From contig CAVYBA010000002.1 of the NCBI GenBank assembly GCA_963766675.1, forward strand, positions 220,624 to 284,623: 64,000 nt of DNA, in the 5' to 3' direction. The position numbers and the translations under genes were made by a program. The stretch comes from an uncultured Chloroflexia bacterium. Lineage in GTDB: Bacteria > Chloroflexota > Limnocylindria > Limnocylindrales > CSP1-4. Every line of letters begins with the position of its first letter. Positions within the stretch are counted from its first letter, which is position 1. This document shows, piece after piece, positions 60,568 to 64,000 of the stretch. A model generated the notes under the pieces. It was not told where the DNA came from. It ran no database searches and was given only the letters and a program-made list of their open reading frames with translations.

Positions 60568-62526
60568 TCAGCGTCCGGCCAGCAGCAGGTACGAGCCGGC
60601 CATGACGATCAGTCCGACCGCGATCCCGAGCGCGTAGTTCTGGACCCGCCCGGTCTGGATCCGCCGCAGACCGCGACCGGCCTCGATCGTGCCGCTGCCG
60701 ATGACGTTGACCGTCCCGTCGACCACCTCGCGGTCGAACCACCAGATGGCCGCCGCGACCCGGCCACCGATCACGATGAACAGCAGGTGGTACAGGTCGT
60801 CGAACCACCACTTGTTGAGCGAGGCGCGGTAGAGGAACGGGATCCTGGCGGTCAGCTCGCGGACGCGTTCCGGGCGGGCCGTCACGCGCAGTCCGGCCAG
60901 TTCCGCCCCAAACAACCGCCAGGCGATGACGATGCCGACGACGGCGACCGTCACGCTGGCCAGGATCAGGGTTCCGTCGATCCCGAAAAGGCTGAACGCG
61001 GCCTCCTCGGCGCCGCCGTGCAGGACGGCCTGGCCACCCTCGAAGACCGGCTTGAGCCAGGCGGCGATCGTGTTTGCCCCGAACGGCAGGCCGAGCGCCA
61101 TGCCGAGCAGCAGCGACGGGATCGCCAGGAGGATGAGCGGGACGGTCATCACCGGAGGCGATTCGTGGATCCTGTCCCAGACGGCCTTCGGGCCCCGAAA
61201 CGCGCCCCAGAAGGTCAGCCCCATGAGTCGGAACATGTAGAACGCGGTCATCCCGGCGACGAGGAAGCCGACCGCCCAGACCCACTGGAAGCCGGTCTTG
61301 AACGACTCACCGAGGATCTCGTCCTTCGAGAAGAAGCCGGCCAGCGGCGGGATCCCGGCGATCGCCAGCGAGCCGACCAGCATCGTCACGTAGATGATCG
61401 GGATCTTGCGCGACAGGCCGCCCATCTGGCGCATGTCCTGCTCCTCGTGGACGGCGTGGATGACCGAGCCCGACCCGAGGAACAGCAGGCCCTTGAAGAA
61501 GCCGTGGGTCATCAGGTGGAAGATCGCCGCCGTCCAGGCCCCGACGCCGAGCGCGGCGAACATGTACCCGAGCTGGCTGAGTGTCGAGTAGGCGAGGACA
61601 CGCTTGATGTCGGTCTGGGTCATAGCGATCGAGGCCGCCAGGATCGCGGTGAAGATGCCGATGGCCGCCACCACGACGAGCGCCGACGACGACTGGGCGA
61701 AGATGGGGTTCGTCCGGGCGACCAGGTAGACGCCGGCGTTGACCATCGTCGCGGCATGGATCAGGGCCGACACCGGGGTGGGGCCCTCCATCGCGTCCGG
61801 CAGCCAGACGTGGAGCGGGAACTGGGCGCTCTTGCCGATCGCGCCGGCGAAGATGAGCAGCGCGATGATCGTGATCCGGGTGGGATCGAGCTCACCGATC
61901 CGGGCGATGACCTCGCGGATGTCGAGCGTGCCGAGGCTCGTGAAGATGAGCATGATCCCGAGCGCGAACCCGACGTCGCCGACGCGGTTGACGATGAACG
62001 CCTTCTTGGCCGCGAGCGCCGCCGACCGCTTGCGATACCAGAACCCGATGAGCAGGTAGCTGCACAGGCCGACCAGCTCCCAGGCCACGAACACGACCAG
62101 GAAGCTGTCCGCAAGCACGAGGAGCAGCATCGAGAACATGAACAGGTTGAGGTACGCGAAGAACCGCCAGTAGCCCGGGTCGTGGCCCATGTAGCCGATC
62201 GAGTAGACGTGCACCAGCAGGCCGATCGTCGTCACCACGATCAGCAGGCACGCGGTCAGGTTGTCGACGAAGAAGCCGGCGTTGACCGTGAAGTTGCCGG
62301 CGGGGATCCAGGTGAACAGCCGGACGTCGAACCCGCCCTCGCCGAACGGCGCCTGCCCGGTCAACGCCAGGTACGCCGCGCCCATCGAGATGAACCAGGC
62401 GACGAAGACCGCCAGCACCGGGATCCAGTGCGCCTGCTTGCCCAGCCGCCGCCCGACCAGCGCGGTCACACAGAAGCCGCCAAGCGGCAACGCCGCGATC
62501 AGCGGGACCAGCTGATCCCAGTTCAC
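60568..62526 (-). CDS. nuoL: NADH-quinone oxidoreductase subunit L
   Basis: 652 aa with the long C-terminal lateral-helix region. Confidence 0.9.
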   Translation of the reverse strand: MNWDQLVPLIAALPLGGFCVTALVGRRLGKQAHWIPVLAVFVAWFISMGAAYLALTGQAPFGEGGFDVRLFTWIPAGNFTVNAGFFVDNLTACLLIVVTTIGLLVHVYSIGYMGHDPGYWRFFAYLNLFMFSMLLLVLADSFLVVFVAWELVGLCSYLLIGFWYRKRSAALAAKKAFIVNRVGDVGFALGIMLIFTSLGTLDIREVIARIGELDPTRITIIALLIFAGAIGKSAQFPLHVWLPDAMEGPTPVSALIHAATMVNAGVYLVARTNPIFAQSSSALVVVAAIGIFTAILAASIAMTQTDIKRVLAYSTLSQLGYMFAALGVGAWTAAIFHLMTHGFFKGLLFLGSGSVIHAVHEEQDMRQMGGLSRKIPIIYVTMLVGSLAIAGIPPLAGFFSKDEILGESFKTGFQWVWAVGFLVAGMTAFYMFRLMGLTFWGAFRGPKAVWDRIHESPPVMTVPLILLAIPSLLLGMALGLPFGANTIAAWLKPVFEGGQAVLHGGAEEAAFSLFGIDGTLILASVTVAVVGIVIAWRLFGAELAGLRVTARPERVRELTARIPFLYRASLNKWWFDDLYHLLFIVIGGRVAAAIWWFDREVVDGTVNVIGSGTIEAGRGLRRIQTGRVQNYALGIAVGLIVMAGSYLLLAGR

Positions 62527-62581
62527 CGTTTGTTCCAGTTCAGGTCGACCCGCCTCGCGCGCCGAATTGACCGCCGCGCTC

Positions 62582-62893
62582 TCATTGGCGCATGGAGTGG
62601 TATTCGTCGACGAGCGGGGTCTTCTTGTTGCGGAAGATCGCGATCACGATGGCGAGTCCAACCGTCGCCTCGGCGGCGGCAACCGCGATCACGATCAACG
62701 CGATGACCGAGCCCTGCGCGCCGAGCGCCGGGATGAACGCCCCGAAGGCGACGATCGCGAGGTTGACGCCGTTGAGCATCAGCTCGATCGACATCAGCAT
62801 GCTGATCGCGTTGCGCCGGGCGAGGAACCCGAACGACCCGATCGCGAACAGCAGGCCGGACAGGACCAGGTAGGCGTCGAGGCTGTCGCTCAC
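62582..62893 (-). CDS. nuoK: NADH-quinone oxidoreductase subunit K
   Basis: 103 aa, 3 TM (LMSIELMLNGVNLAIVAF). GTG start overlaps the nuoJ stop (GTGA). Confidence 0.85.
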   Translation of the reverse strand: MSDSLDAYLVLSGLLFAIGSFGFLARRNAISMLMSIELMLNGVNLAIVAFGAFIPALGAQGSVIALIVIAVAAAEATVGLAIVIAIFRNKKTPLVDEYHSMRQ

Positions 62894-63483
62894 GACGGGC
62901 CGCCGGGCTCGCGCTTGGCCAGGAAGACGCCGCCGATGACCGCGGCCAGCAGGAGCACGCTCACGATCTCGAAGGGCAGGACGAAGTCGTGGAAGAGGAG
63001 CTGCGACAGCGCCTCCGTCGCCAGGCGGATGCGCTTGGCCGCGGCCCCCCAATCGGTCGCCCCGATCGCGAGGGCGATCACCACCGCGATGACGATCGAG
63101 GCGAAGGCGGCCGGGACGGCTTGCGTCTGGAAGACCAGCCGGCTCGGGGCGTCCTTGGTCTGGGTCAGCATGATCGCGAACAGGATCAGGACGCTGATCG
63201 CGCCGATGTAGACGATGACCTGCGCGGCGGCGATGAGCGGCGCACCGATCAGGACGTAGATCCCGGCCAGGGCGCCGAAGCAGACCATCATCGCCAGGCC
63301 GCAGCGGATGATGTCGCGCATGGTCACGACCAGCAGCGCCGCGCCGATCATCACCGCCGCGAGCATCCAGAACAGCGCGTCCTGCCAATCCTGGCCCAGG
63401 AAGACGAGCATGATCGCGGCGATCCCGGTCACGGCGCCCATGACGGCAAGCGCCAGGAGGATGGGGATCAGCTTGCGGACCAC
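62890..63483 (-). CDS. nuoJ: NADH-quinone oxidoreductase subunit J
   Basis: 197 aa, 5 TM. Confidence 0.85.
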   Translation of the reverse strand: MVRKLIPILLALAVMGAVTGIAAIMLVFLGQDWQDALFWMLAAVMIGAALLVVTMRDIIRCGLAMMVCFGALAGIYVLIGAPLIAAAQVIVYIGAISVLILFAIMLTQTKDAPSRLVFQTQAVPAAFASIVIAVVIALAIGATDWGAAAKRIRLATEALSQLLFHDFVLPFEIVSVLLLAAVIGGVFLAKREPGGPS

Positions 63484-63492
63484 GTCGATCGG

Positions 63493-64000
63493 CTACTCGT
63501 GCGAGGCGTGGGCCACGGTCGTGACCGTATGGCCGTGCCCGTTGCCGTTGCCGTTGCCGGCCACGCCGCCGATCGTCGGCGGCAGCATCGGGAGCAGTCG
63601 CGCCCTGTCGACGACGCGGCCCTCGGCCGCGGCCCGCACCGCCCAATCGCGCTCGCGCCGGATGTAGGTCACCTCGGTCTCGCGATCGACCGCGGCGATG
63701 GCCATCAGGTCGATCATCGGGTCCTCTCGACTCGTGTGCGACAGCTCGATGTCGGCGCCGTCGCGCAGGGCGTCGTAGGGACAGGCGTCCACGCAGATCC
63801 CGCACAGGATGCAGCGGCTCTCGTCGACGTCGTACTTCTGCAGGATCCGCGGCTTGGGCATCAGCGCCCCGGTCGGGCAGGTCTCGGCGCAGCGGCCGCA
63901 CGACACGCAGGGCGTGTCGTTGAGGCTCATGTCGAGCGGTGTCGTCACCAGCGTGTCGAAGCCGATCCGCATGAAGTCGTAGCAGGCGGCCCCGACGACC
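63493..64000 (-). CDS. nuoI: NADH-quinone oxidoreductase subunit I (2x[4Fe-4S]); 5' end probably beyond the window edge
   Basis: CVSCGRCAETCP and CILCGICVDACP clusters. Only 21 aa precede the first cluster if the start is at 63972, and the frame stays open to 64000, so the N-terminus probably lies upstream. C-terminal GNGNGNGHGH low-complexity tail. Confidence 0.8.
   Translation of the reverse strand, partial: VVGAACYDFMRIGFDTLVTTPLDMSLNDTPCVSCGRCAETCPTGALMPKPRILQKYDVDESRCILCGICVDACPYDALRDGADIELSHTSREDPMIDLMAIAAVDRETEVTYIRRERDWAVRAAAEGRVVDRARLLPMLPPTIGGVAGNGNGNGHGHTVTTVAHASHE

Noticed and set aside
1-64000. CRISPR arrays, transposases/IS elements, toxin-antitoxin pairs, restriction-modification or other known defence systems
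   Set aside because: No regularly spaced direct repeats, no DDE/HUH transposase, integrase, Cas, methyltransferase or nuclease-ATPase defence signatures found in any frame. The only repeats are the intragenic jag tandem repeats and short operator-like motifs.

Overview
High-GC (~70%) bacterial chromosome segment with an actinobacterium-like gene set. It spans the replication-origin neighbourhood: rpmH-rnpA-yidD-yidC-jag on the minus strand and dnaA-dnaN-recF-dciA on the plus strand, with clustered DnaA boxes between dnaA and dnaN. Other recognisable content: ftsE-ftsX-ctpA, smpB, a proline-racemase-family gene with a luciferase-like oxidoreductase, urease structural genes ureAB(fused)-ureC without accessory genes, a tmRNA gene at 9703-10078, a Pat-type NDP-forming acyl-CoA-synthetase/GNAT fusion, an FNR-ferredoxin pair, and a two-component system next to an apbE/ferric-reductase-like locus. 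Downstream of the origin lies a ~9.5 kb membrane mannosylation locus: a GT2 polyprenol-P-sugar synthase, a DUF2723 GT-C, an ArnT-like GT-C, and a 1812-aa GT87-like/beta-propeller/PMT(GT39) fusion. It is followed by a phosphatidylinositol-mannoside-type cluster (pimA-like GT4, PHP, two LPLAT acyltransferases, ino1, pgsA, arsR). The window ends with two transporters, otsB, tlpA, a sortase-fold protein lacking the catalytic Cys, and nuoI-N. Several conserved genes (ftsX?, fdx, the response regulator, apbE, vanW?, the ArnT-like GT-C, DUF2723 at two sites) are split by single-base frameshifts, which points to assembly indel errors or local pseudogenisation. Many long Arg-rich ORFs in the track are antisense or wrong-frame artefacts of the high GC content. 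No CRISPR array, integrase, transposase or recognisable defence system was found.
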